A stretch of 32,000 bases of DNA from Candidatus Brocadia sp. (GCA_021650915.1 CP091279.1:1050001-1082000); one strand, 5' to 3'; shown: positions 9,730 through 18,395, counted from the stretch's first letter. Made by a program: numbers and translations. Notes: generated by a model from the sequence alone, not told the origin.

Positions 9730-10722
9730 TTATTCTATTTTTTTCAATTCCTCTTCAACAACTGATACTGGCAAGGGCAAATAACCATCTTTTACAATCA
9801 GTTCCTGCCCCTCTTTGCTCAGGATAAATTTTACAAATTCCTTAACCAAGGGATCAAGCGGTTGACCAGGCTTTTTATTAATATATACATAGAGAAACCG
9901 TGCCAGTGGGTAAGAACCGTTCATAACATTCTTCATGTCGGCTTCTTTATATGGTTTTCCTTCCATAAAGGAAAGGGGAACGGCGCGAATGCCGGATGTC
10001 TGATAGCCAATGGCGCTGTACCCCATGGCGTACCGGTCTTCGGTTGCGCCCTGCACAACAGAGGCAGAACCTGGTTGCTCCTTTACGGTATTCTTGAAAT
10101 CCCCCTTATACAGGGCATGTTCCTTAAAATAACCATAGGTGCCGGAGGCAGAATTACGCCCGTACAGGCTTATTGGTTTGGCCGCCCAATCTCCCGTTAA
10201 GCCAAGCTGTCCCCATGTCGTAATATCCGTCTTGTATCCACCTTTACGAGTCTTTGAAAAGATAGCGTCGACCTGAGGCATGCTTAAACCCTTCAGCGGG
10301 TTATCCTTGTTTACATACACGGCAAGTGCATCCAGGGATGTTCTGATTGCTGTCGGTTTATAGCCGTATTTCTTATCAAAGGCGTCAATTTCTGTCGGCT
10401 TCATAGTCCTGCTCATGGGTCCTATCTGTGCTGTGCCTGAGATTAAGGCGGGCGGTGCGGTTGTAGAGCCCTTGCCTTCTATCTGCACATTCACATTCGG
10501 ATACGCCTTGTTAAACCCCTCGGCCCAGTAAGTCATGAGGTTATTCATGGTGTCAGAACCGATGCTGTTGAGATTCCCAGAAACACCACCCACTTTGACA
10601 TAAGGTTTTATCTGTTCAGGAACCACAACAGCTCCGCCTGCGGTAGTCAATCCCATCATACTAAAACTGAAAACCGCTATTGAAAACCATGCCCTTTTTG
10701 CCATAGACTTTTTTCCTTTCAT
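9730..10722 (-). CDS. pstS: Phosphate-binding protein PstS
   Basis: 330 aa with a signal peptide. PstS-like motifs include GSDTMNNL, ASGTYGYF and the PBP fold pattern. It sits directly upstream of pstC. Confidence 0.9.
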   Translation of the reverse strand: MKGKKSMAKRAWFSIAVFSFSMMGLTTAGGAVVVPEQIKPYVKVGGVSGNLNSIGSDTMNNLMTYWAEGFNKAYPNVNVQIEGKGSTTAPPALISGTAQIGPMSRTMKPTEIDAFDKKYGYKPTAIRTSLDALAVYVNKDNPLKGLSMPQVDAIFSKTRKGGYKTDITTWGQLGLTGDWAAKPISLYGRNSASGTYGYFKEHALYKGDFKNTVKEQPGSASVVQGATEDRYAMGYSAIGYQTSGIRAVPLSFMEGKPYKEADMKNVMNGSYPLARFLYVYINKKPGQPLDPLVKEFVKFILSKEGQELIVKDGYLPLPVSVVEEELKKIE

Positions 10723-10908
10723 TGTTTCCTGCCAAGTTCGAGGACAGTATCTTACTCAAATTATTTAAGGAAGTCGACTTATTTTTTTTGCCGACGGTAG
10801 TTGTATTCTTTCAAGGCCTCGACAGAGTCAAAAACAACCGTTTGACCACTCGGTCTGTGATCTATCTTGATTGTATAGGAATTTTCATTTTATTTATGCG
10901 GATTTGCG

Positions 10909-10998
10909 GTAGGGTGGATTAAGCGAGAGCGAATCCACCTTTCCTGTAAATAGTGTTGGTGGATTCGGCGTAAAAACCAACGCATTGATCCACCCTAC
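10909..10998 (+). repeat. Palindromic intergenic repeat, family B, copy 1
   Basis: Nested inverted repeats: gtagggtggattaagcg ... cgcattgatccaccctac on the outside and cgaatccacc ... ggtggattcg inside. A second copy in the same orientation lies at 12893-13005. Confidence 0.75.
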
Positions 10999-11193
10999 TC
11001 ATAACTGGATAATTGCCTTACCAGGTTCTCCCGATTTTTCAAAATCCGTTAACCGCGTGGATGAAGTATTAAACCAGTCGTAGGCAAGTACTTTTGATCG
11101 TCTATTTAAAAAAAAGGGAGTGGGGTGCATTACCTGCATCATTACACATCACCTGATCTCTTCCCGTCAGAGGGGAAAACTACCTTTTCAACA

Positions 11194-12588
11194 TTAAAAT
11201 ATGATCTGATATTGCAATCTCACCTGGTTTTCGCTTCCGCTCTGTTCTCTACCCCGTTCGTCTGAGTTCTCATAGTGTCCAACATCTGCCTGTAGTTTAG
11301 AGCGATGAACCCCGGGACGGAAGTAATAGTTTATACCCCCTGAGTATTCCCTTCCGATGTCATCAGATACGTCTTTATCTCGATCAAGGTAGGAATAGCG
11401 GGCTGCAACCTCCAGCCGTTTAGGTATTACAAAATAGCCTGCCTGGCTGAAAAATCCGTTGGAATCAAATGAATCACCACCGTGTTCCGGATCCGCACTC
11501 CTCATAAAATACTCGTTGTGCCATGAGAAACCACGATATTTCATGCTCAGTTCAAGAACCCCCTGGAGGCCATCGGTATCTTCAAGCTTTTCATCCCTTT
11601 CCTTTGGATTAACCACAACGGACGCAGCAACTGATGCCTTGAATTTTTCTGTAAACTTTATATCTGTTTCGTCAACGGTATCATATTTCCCAAACGGATT
11701 ATATCTCACATTAAACACGTACATAAGTTCGTTGTCCAGGTTATCTTCTGAGCCTCTGTCTTCATCATCTTCTCCTGCCCCCTGGAACATTGCTGCATGG
11801 TATTCAAGGTGTCCGTCAAAGGGCTTTCCATAAATATCAAAGCCATAGTCGCGGTCCTGATCAAATTCTTCACTGGTAATGGCTCTGTCCTGGAAGAGGA
11901 GTTTTGCAGAGGTTGACATCCTTTGCTGGTTAAAGGGCACTTTGAAATAGCCGAGCTTCGCATTTAATTCTGACATTGGAGTCCAATATACATAAAAATC
12001 CCTTACGCCAACGTCAAAACTATCCCCGTCAAATTCGACATAATAGTGCGTCATTTTGCTGTATATATTCCCTCCAAAACAGAGCCTTGCCCGGCGGACA
12101 TCCATATTGTTGGTATCATCTCTCCCAACATCCTCATTCCTATCTTTATAGGTATACCGGAATTGCATTCTCAAGCCTATACCCAGCGAATAATTATCAT
12201 CTGCTGATTTAAAGCCGATAGAAAATTTTTCCTCATCAGGGGTATAAAGGGTGGTCATTGCAGGCATGCCGAGCGCCATCTTTTTTCGCGCCTCGTCTGT
12301 GGATAGGTAGTCTTCGATCTCATGTTTAATCTCTTCCCTTGTAACCGGTGGTTTTTCGTCAGTTAATGCCTCCACGCGCCTTTTTAAGGCCTGTATCTGT
12401 TCCTGCTGCTTTTGAAATGCCTCCTCCATCTGTTTTAACTGCCATTGCAAATAATCCCGCTCGCTTCCGGATATCTCTTCTGTTTGTGCCGTTTGCTGGG
12501 CAAAGACACCAGGTAACATACTACCGGCAAATACGTCACCAATCACCAATGCCGACAATACTACTAACCTACGCCATTTCCTCCCCAT
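11194..12588 (-). CDS. Phosphate-selective porin O/P family outer-membrane protein with an N-terminal coiled coil
   Basis: 464 aa with a signal peptide and a Q/E-rich coiled coil. The beta-barrel body ends in an aromatic residue (QYQIIF). Motifs RMQFRYTY and RRARLCFGGN are typical of the OprO/OprP family. It lies upstream of pstS on the same strand. Confidence 0.8.
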   Translation of the reverse strand: MGRKWRRLVVLSALVIGDVFAGSMLPGVFAQQTAQTEEISGSERDYLQWQLKQMEEAFQKQQEQIQALKRRVEALTDEKPPVTREEIKHEIEDYLSTDEARKKMALGMPAMTTLYTPDEEKFSIGFKSADDNYSLGIGLRMQFRYTYKDRNEDVGRDDTNNMDVRRARLCFGGNIYSKMTHYYVEFDGDSFDVGVRDFYVYWTPMSELNAKLGYFKVPFNQQRMSTSAKLLFQDRAITSEEFDQDRDYGFDIYGKPFDGHLEYHAAMFQGAGEDDEDRGSEDNLDNELMYVFNVRYNPFGKYDTVDETDIKFTEKFKASVAASVVVNPKERDEKLEDTDGLQGVLELSMKYRGFSWHNEYFMRSADPEHGGDSFDSNGFFSQAGYFVIPKRLEVAARYSYLDRDKDVSDDIGREYSGGINYYFRPGVHRSKLQADVGHYENSDERGREQSGSENQVRLQYQIIF

Positions 12589-12782
12589 TTACTCCTCCTT
12601 TTCAAAAAGTAACCTTTCATATTTAAACATCCGTTGAGTTTCCGAAAATCATGGGCAGATGAGGAAGCATTTCCACCGTCCTTTCTATTCCATCTCAATT
12701 TTGCGACCATATACACCGCCCATTCAAAGGTTGTATGCTCCTTTTGCGCGTCGCTATTCTTGATGAAATTGTACTATTCATT

Positions 12783-12821
12783 TGTTAAGGAACGATTAAG
12801 AAAACATAAATTTTCCGTTAA
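12783..12821 (-). promoter_or_regulatory. Candidate Pho box: four hexamers in 11-bp register upstream of the porin gene
   Basis: The minus strand reads TTAACG-gaaaa-TTTATG-ttttc-TTAATC-gttcc-TTAACA. A TACAAT -10-like hexamer follows 9 nt downstream (12768-12773). The site is about 195-230 nt upstream of the porin ATG. Confidence 0.3.
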
Positions 12822-12892
12822 AATGAATAATGAACGAAGATATGCAAGTGCCTGTTTGTTGATAATTATTTAGCCAAGTGAAGTTAAACAGT

Positions 12893-13005
12893 GCAGGGTA
12901 GATTAAGCGAAACGAATCCACCATTGAGAAAGACGGGGAAAGCGGACTTCATTGTGAGCTCGGTCGGACGTTTCGGCGTAAAATACAGCGCTTAATCCAC
13001 CTTGC
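12893..13005 (+). repeat. Palindromic intergenic repeat, family B, copy 2
   Basis: gcagggtagattaagcgaaacgaatccacc ... ttcggcgtaaaatacagcgcttaatccaccttgc. It has the same ends and orientation as copy 1, with a longer centre. Confidence 0.7.
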
Positions 13006-13327
13006 CCACGGGCAATTTTAATTATAATAAGGTATGAAAGTGTGGGGTATCTGCGAAAGCCGTTGTGATGTGTATTTGAACACCGTACAAATTCACTAAT
13101 ATCACCTGCACCAATCCTATGATGAATCCTGGTACACCACCTGAGATTTATACAAACCTGACCTCTTTTTTCATGATGGAGTTCAGTATTTCTTCCCGTT
13201 TGTCAGAGGGAAAATTCGCGCCCTCGCTGGCAAGAGTACTTTCTCTACTCACGACATTCAGCGATTTCTCTACGCCTTCTTTATAGGGAGCATTCCCGAT
13301 TTCTTGTAAACTCACAATTTGAAGGGG

Positions 13328-14262
13328 ATAGGGGTAGGGAAGGCTTTCGCCTCCCCTCCCTCCGAACCATACAGGCGGATCTCCCGCATACGGCTCTCCA
13401 GTCAGTGGTTACCCCTTCGGGATTGACCGTTGAAAATATAAATTGCGGATACGTGAACAATTCATACCTCATAGCGCGGCACAGCCGCAACCAAATTTCC
13501 TTTATGAAAGCGGGGAGATTGCTTCGGAAAAGGCCCTCGCAATGACAGCGACCATGCACTTTGATGGCACACGGCACGTTGCCATTGCGAGTGAAGCGAA
13601 GCAATCTTTCACTCATAAAAAACGGTACCTCCTGAAAGGGGTTTGTGAAAAAACTTACAAAAAAAGAAGTTTTTATACAGTAATACTATAATGATGACAT
13701 CGATTCTCATCATTCACCTTATGCAAGCCGTCAACAGGTAGTCCGCTATAAGCCAGGTTCAAATCCGTTTCTACGGATTTCTCCAACTTGTTTAGGCATT
13801 TCTGCCACTCACCTTGGTTTGTCTTCCCAGCTTACCCACTTCATACCTCCACCTTCCTGCCTCCCTTCGCTCCACATCCATTACGATGCTTCTTCGCTCT
13901 TATGAAGTCTCTGACTCCTGACTTTGTCACTCCCTCTGTCAGGTATCCCTGATTCATGCACCTTGTCTTCCTGCCATTCCGTCTCCAACCACCCATTGCT
14001 CCCTATCATCGCTTTATCACGCTACCCCTCAGCTTGATAGACTTCCTTCTTTTTCCAAAAAGGTCTGGGCTTCACCACTCTCTAGCAGGCTCGCCGTTAC
14101 AACAGGCCGAATCGAGTTCGTCATTCTACGGACTAGCTTTTCACCTCCCGTTGCTCCCCACCCCATCTCACGATGATGCAGTTACGGTCGGTTACAGGGT
14201 TGGAAAGCGTTTTCCCTGAAGGGGACTTTCACCCCTCTGACATTGTGCACTCTCAGGCGCAC
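13328..14262 (-). ncRNA. Group II intron RNA, ORF-less (about 935 nt)
   Basis: All read on the minus strand. The 5' end is GTGCGCC (14262-14256). Domain V is GAGCCGTATGCGGGAGATCCGCCTGTATGGTTCGG (13396-13362) and includes the AGC triad. Domain VI is a 12-bp stem with a GAAA tetraloop and a bulged A (13335) 7 nt before a 3'-terminal TAT (ending at 13328). No reverse-transcriptase ORF is present. Confidence 0.85.
13470..13690 (+). repeat. 221-bp intergenic repeat element, family A, copy 1 (inside intron domain IV)
   Basis: Its ends are catagcgcggcacagccgcaacc and gtaatactata. An internal long inverted repeat pairs agattgcttcgg..ctcgcaatg with cattgcgag..gaagcaatct. By eye it differs at only about a dozen positions from the reverse complement of 22025-22246. 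Confidence 0.85.
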
Positions 14263-14314
14263 TAGCGCAGGCATCTTGCCTGCGTCGTTGGAGGCAGGCA
14301 AGATGCCTGCGCTA
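14263..14314. repeat. Perfect 21-bp stem / 10-nt loop hairpin abutting the intron 5' end
   Basis: tagcgcaggcatcttgcctgc (14263-14283) is the exact reverse complement of 14294-14314. It lies downstream of the HMA2-like gene on the minus strand. Confidence 0.85.
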
Positions 14315-14588
14315 CAGTATTCCCCGGCTGTTTTTTACCTTCCGGGTTTACAAAAAATCGGGCATGCTCTCTTCTTTATACGTATTTAAGATCAGGGGAA
14401 GAAGTGTCTCAATTTCTTTCATGGTCAAGTCTTTGAATTGATGTATGATGTGATTATAGATGAACATGACGATTTGGGAATAGGCCTCTTTTAATTTTGC
14501 ATTAAAAAAGTATGGACGTGCTTGTCTATCAGGGCTTTTCCATCACGATCGATGTTTGACTGATTGATTTTTCCTTTTATGAATATTT

Positions 14589-14873
14589 CTAGCTTACTTC
14601 CCTTATAATATTTTGTATCTCGGCACTGGATGAAAGAGAGTCAAGGGTGGTTTTAATGAATTCTATTACATCCACTTCTTTCGGTTCATAAACAATAACA
14701 AGACTCCCGGTAAATGGGTTAGCACGAATATCTTTTATTCCTGAAGGCATGGAAATAAATGAAAGGTTTTTAATATGGTCAGGTAAGTTTCTGATACGCC
14801 TGAGTTTTTTTATAAACGGTACCTTTAACCGTATGCGACCATCAATATGATGAACAATATTATAGGTAATCAT
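14589..14873 (-). CDS. HMA2-like (heavy-metal-associated-type) small protein
   Basis: 94 aa. The pattern HHIDGRIRLKVP ... GIKDIRANPFTGSLVIVYEP matches the small HMA_2-type proteins as I remember them. It is the last gene of the minus-strand metal cluster. Confidence 0.6.
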   Translation of the reverse strand: MITYNIVHHIDGRIRLKVPFIKKLRRIRNLPDHIKNLSFISMPSGIKDIRANPFTGSLVIVYEPKEVDVIEFIKTTLDSLSSSAEIQNIIREVS

Positions 14874-14991
14874 CGCGATCCTCCATCAGACTCAAATTAA
14901 CTGTGTGTACCAGGATATCTTAAAGTGTAATAAATATGCTTTTTCAATGGAAAAACAGTCAAAAAAATGAAAGTCTCATACAATGAACTTT

Positions 14992-15657
14992 TCATGCTTG
15001 AACCTTTTGGTGACAGGCACATGCAATACCTTTGGCTTTTTGAAATGCTTCACGCCCCTCCTTGAGTGAAAAGAACGCAATGGCCAGAGTGCCCATGGCA
15101 TCCATGCCGCCAATACCAGTATATTCATACCCAATACTTGTCAGAAGAAGAACTACCGAGAGGTACAAACAGGTCTTTGTGCAGTTTGCGTCAGTTAGTA
15201 TAGCTTGGGAGTTCAGTTGTCTGCCAACTTTGACCTTGAAATGGATGAGCAACCACATAGATGAGATCGATACAAGCGCCACCACAATGCCCCAAAAGGT
15301 TGTTACTGGTTTGTGTCCCTGGTAGAGATTCAGTATGGCGGTTGTCGTCAGCCCAAAGACGAGAATATAAAAGGCTGTCCCGGTAATTCTCAAAGCCTGC
15401 TGTTCGAATCTGTCAGGATGCGTGTCGTTCTTTTTTTTAAAGCGGTGAATCATATGCCACACCCCAATACCGGAGATCACCTCTACGAACGAATCCAGCC
15501 CGAATCCAAAGAGAGAAAGAGTTTCGTCCTCCATGCCAAGCAAGAGAGAAACAATCCCTTCAATGATATTATAAAAAATCGTAACAAGTGCCAGGATCGA
15601 TGCCCTTTTATAAAGATATGTTTTTGCCTGGAGTTTTACTGGTTCTTGGTTAACCAT
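14992..15657 (-). CDS. CDF-like cation transporter, membrane domain only
   Basis: About 6 TM helices with acidic/His positions in TM2 and TM5 (FGLDSFVEVISG; ILTDANCTK). The C-terminus has a CACH motif and no cytoplasmic CDF domain. The first ATG is at 15657; a TTG at 15720 is the alternative start. Confidence 0.55.
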   Translation of the reverse strand: MVNQEPVKLQAKTYLYKRASILALVTIFYNIIEGIVSLLLGMEDETLSLFGFGLDSFVEVISGIGVWHMIHRFKKKNDTHPDRFEQQALRITGTAFYILVFGLTTTAILNLYQGHKPVTTFWGIVVALVSISSMWLLIHFKVKVGRQLNSQAILTDANCTKTCLYLSVVLLLTSIGYEYTGIGGMDAMGTLAIAFFSLKEGREAFQKAKGIACACHQKVQA

Positions 15658-15721
15658 AACAATAGGTATACATTTCCACTTACTACGAACAATGGCATTA
15701 TATTTTTGTGCATTTACCAAC

Positions 15722-16414
15722 TCATCTTGACCGTCTTAACTCTACCGAATTTGAAACTGATTTAAAGTATTCAAACAGATGAGCTATTTCGTTACCCTGT
15801 AGCATTGGCCAGTACATATTTTGCATTTCTATTTTATCACACATATAAGGTGCATGAGAGAGTAATTGGCTCGCAAATCGTAGTACATCTCCACCATTTT
15901 TTGCAATGCCTGATAAACTTGGTCCAACGCGTCCTCCTTCACCGTTAATTGAATGGCAAACCTTACAGCCTAAATAAGAGAAGAGAAAAGACCCCCTGGA
16001 CGCATTTCCCGTAAATTTAATTTGTGCGTGTTTTTCACTGGCAGTGTTTAGAGATTCAAAGATATAAATAAGTTCATCATTTTCAAATTTCGGTATCCCT
16101 TTTTTTGCTTCCGTAAAGGCTTTAACCATTTCCGGAACATGATTCCACATAATAGCAGCCCAAAGCACAGGAGAGGAAAGCTCTTTCCATCTTTCCAGAT
16201 CAGGCACCTGTTCTTTCTTGATATTTTCACTATTATGGCAATATGAGCATTGCTTTGTTTCAAAAAGATGATTTCCCATTGCAACCCGATCCTCTTTTGT
16301 CAATGTTTTATTTTCCGCGGCATTTACAAAAGCAATGTTTGTAACGGTAAGAAATAGAGGCAAAATAATCATAAAACTTAAAAAAAATCTATCACTTCTT
16401 CTTTGATTATTCAT
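15722..16414 (-). CDS. Dihaem c-type cytochrome, secreted or membrane-anchored
   Basis: Two CxxCH motifs (CSYCH, CKVCH). A signal/anchor sequence follows MNNQRRSDRFFLSFMIILPLFL. The longer ORF reaching 16534 only reads into repeat A2, so I chose the ATG at 16414. Confidence 0.8.
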   Translation of the reverse strand: MNNQRRSDRFFLSFMIILPLFLTVTNIAFVNAAENKTLTKEDRVAMGNHLFETKQCSYCHNSENIKKEQVPDLERWKELSSPVLWAAIMWNHVPEMVKAFTEAKKGIPKFENDELIYIFESLNTASEKHAQIKFTGNASRGSFLFSYLGCKVCHSINGEGGRVGPSLSGIAKNGGDVLRFASQLLSHAPYMCDKIEMQNMYWPMLQGNEIAHLFEYFKSVSNSVELRRSR

Positions 16415-16473
16415 TTCTACATCCTCATATTTAATTGATGGAACGTGTAATCTGCCTTCCTGATACCAGATTA

Positions 16474-16691
16474 CATAGCGCAGCACAGCCACAACCAGGT
16501 CCCCGTTGTGAAAGCGGAAGATTGCTTCGGACAAGACCCTCGCAATGACGCGGGCTATGTCTTTGATGAAATACTATCCGTTGTCATTACGAACGAAGCG
16601 AAACAATCCTTCTCTTATAAATAAACGGCACCTTCTGATAAGGGGTAAATAGGGTTGCAAAAAAAGAAAAATTTTATGCGGTAATAGTATA
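16474..16691 (+). repeat. Family A repeat element, copy 2 (diverged)
   Basis: It has the same ends (catagcgcagcacagccacaacc ... gtaatagtata) and the same internal attgcttcgg / cgcaatgac / cattacgaa / gaaacaatc arms as copy 1. Confidence 0.75.
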
Positions 16692-16805
16692 AGACAGTTC
16701 AACCTGCATGCATTACCTGATGCGAATGTTATTCGTCAATAGCTCATGTTCATTCGTCTTTTTCACCAATGACACAATATTGACAATCTCATATCACAAA
16801 ACATG

Positions 16806-18395
16806 TTAAAAGTTTACCTGTGTTCTAAAACCTGTCACTATAGCCGTATCATCACTGTCTGCGCCAGCAGGGTCAAATATTGCCTGAACATGTGGTGACA
16901 ATGAAAGATGTTCATTAATATCAACCTTGTAATAAAGTTCTGTACTACTTTCATAATCTCCACCAGCTTTATCTATCTGGCCAAAAGCAATGGCTACTTC
17001 ATCTGTAAATCGTTTAAGGAATGGAACGCTCATTCTCATTCCCGCACTCCATGCGCTTGCAATTTCCGTCTCTTCTGGATTATTCTCATTGGCTCCATAT
17101 CTGCCAAAGAGGGCTATCCGGTTGGTAATCCCCTGATCTATGCTCACACCAAATCCTTTGTTATCACCGTTATCACCATTCATTCGTCCCCAGATTCGGT
17201 ACGTGCCTTCACGACCAAGTAATTTATCAGTCGTATAACCGATTTCTGCTATAGCATAGAGTTCATCAGTAATCCTCGTCCCTGAATTATCATTACTTTG
17301 CAATCCCAATCCCATAGTAAGACCCTTTTTTGTATCAAAAAACGCTACCAGTCCAGGACCTGGATCAGGAGGTTCCAAGGTTGCGCCATTTACAAACGCA
17401 TCAGTTATAAATTGTGATGTTTCATCATTGGCAAGCGCATTAGCATCAAAATAGTTTCCCAAATCTATCTTACCAGAAACAAGGCTCAACCTCTTATCAA
17501 ATAGTTCCGATCCCAACCATACTTCACGAACAGCTACCCTGTCCAGCCCATCATCATCATCCTGGTTTGAACCCGAATCTGCGTTAAGGCCTGCTAAACT
17601 ACCTATCGCTTCATCAGGTCCGTTACCCCCTATTGCCTCAATATCAATAAAGAATGTAGTATAGAGAAAAGGTTTGGTAAGGAAAATCAGATCAAATGAG
17701 CCTGAGCCAAAATTCTCTTCTTCAACATCGCTACTCACTATCTGTTGAAAGATACCGGTGCCACTGGCACCAAGCAAAACCTGTTTGGCACGGTCTTCTT
17801 CAAATGCCGCATTAATCATTTGAGAGATATTTTCCCTTCTGGCATAGTTAAAAACTCTCTCGTGAGTTCGCGACCGTTGCATAGCGCCGCACACAGGGCA
17901 TCTGTTATTGTCACCGGAAACTGGCAATACGTGATCGTTCAGACAAACATATTCCTGGTTTCTTCTAATCTCATCCTGAAAAAAATCAAATATGGTAAAT
18001 CTATCTTTTAACACATCTACCGCCCCTTCAACATGTGAAAGCCTATCGTTTATATCTTTTTCACTTTCACTATCAAGAGATTCAACGGGAACAGTATCAC
18101 TTACTTCTGTTTCCTTTGCGGAAACCAGTTTACTAATATTTTCCTCAATTTCACTCATACGATCATATATTCGGTTTACACTTTCATTATCAATAGGCTT
18201 ACCGGAAACAGTGTCTCTTGCTTCCCTTTCCTTTGTGGAAACTAGTTTGTTAACAATCTCCTCAAGTTTGGTTATACGGTTACTCAAGGCATCAAAGTCT
18301 TCTCGCGAAACTTCTGCAAACAATACACTCGGGGAAAATAATGCACAAAATGAAATACCATACAGCGTCCCCTTATATGGCAAAACTTTTCCCAT
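16806..18395 (-). CDS. OprB-like (carbohydrate-selective porin family) outer-membrane protein with a coiled-coil and Cys/His N-terminal region
   Basis: 529 aa with a signal peptide. It has the OprB-type motif GKIDLGNYFDANALANDETSQFITDAFVNG and a C-terminal aromatic residue (QVNF). Confidence 0.7.
   Translation of the reverse strand: MGKVLPYKGTLYGISFCALFSPSVLFAEVSREDFDALSNRITKLEEIVNKLVSTKEREARDTVSGKPIDNESVNRIYDRMSEIEENISKLVSAKETEVSDTVPVESLDSESEKDINDRLSHVEGAVDVLKDRFTIFDFFQDEIRRNQEYVCLNDHVLPVSGDNNRCPVCGAMQRSRTHERVFNYARRENISQMINAAFEEDRAKQVLLGASGTGIFQQIVSSDVEEENFGSGSFDLIFLTKPFLYTTFFIDIEAIGGNGPDEAIGSLAGLNADSGSNQDDDDGLDRVAVREVWLGSELFDKRLSLVSGKIDLGNYFDANALANDETSQFITDAFVNGATLEPPDPGPGLVAFFDTKKGLTMGLGLQSNDNSGTRITDELYAIAEIGYTTDKLLGREGTYRIWGRMNGDNGDNKGFGVSIDQGITNRIALFGRYGANENNPEETEIASAWSAGMRMSVPFLKRFTDEVAIAFGQIDKAGGDYESSTELYYKVDINEHLSLSPHVQAIFDPAGADSDDTAIVTGFRTQVNF

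Noticed and set aside
12634-12873. 79-aa plus-strand ORF in the spacer upstream of the phosphate porin
   Set aside because: It overlaps the candidate promoter/Pho-box region. Its composition is hydrophobic and low-complexity, it has no RBS and it matches no known family.
13150-13327. An open frame just 3' of the intron on the minus strand (…LQEIGNAPYKEGVEKSLNVVSRESTLASEGANFPSDKREEILNSIMKKEVRFV*), which might be a 3' exon
   Set aside because: There is no start codon, no matching coding 5' exon (the 5' flank is a hairpin repeat) and no family recognised. It could be a gene remnant, but the support is not enough to call it.
13281-13616. 111-aa minus-strand ORF, plus the related ORFs 13443-13691, 21950-22255 and 22058-22303 (peptides such as VIASEAKQSFTHKKRYLLKGVCEK)
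   Set aside because: These ORFs are translations of the family A repeat, and in the first case also of intron domains V and VI. The same 'protein' appears on both strands in different copies. There is no start-site context or domain signal.
13740-13790. A tRNA-like T-arm string, ggttcaaatcc
   Set aside because: No acceptor stem, D-arm or anticodon arm can be built around it. It lies antisense inside group II intron domains I-III.
14330-14530. A minus-strand frame of about 65 codons ending ...KEAYSQIVMFIYNHIIHQFKDLTMKEIETLLPLILNTYKEESMPDFL*
   Set aside because: The frame has no initiation codon before an upstream stop, apart from an internal Met, and no recognisable motif. It is probably a gene fragment or chance.
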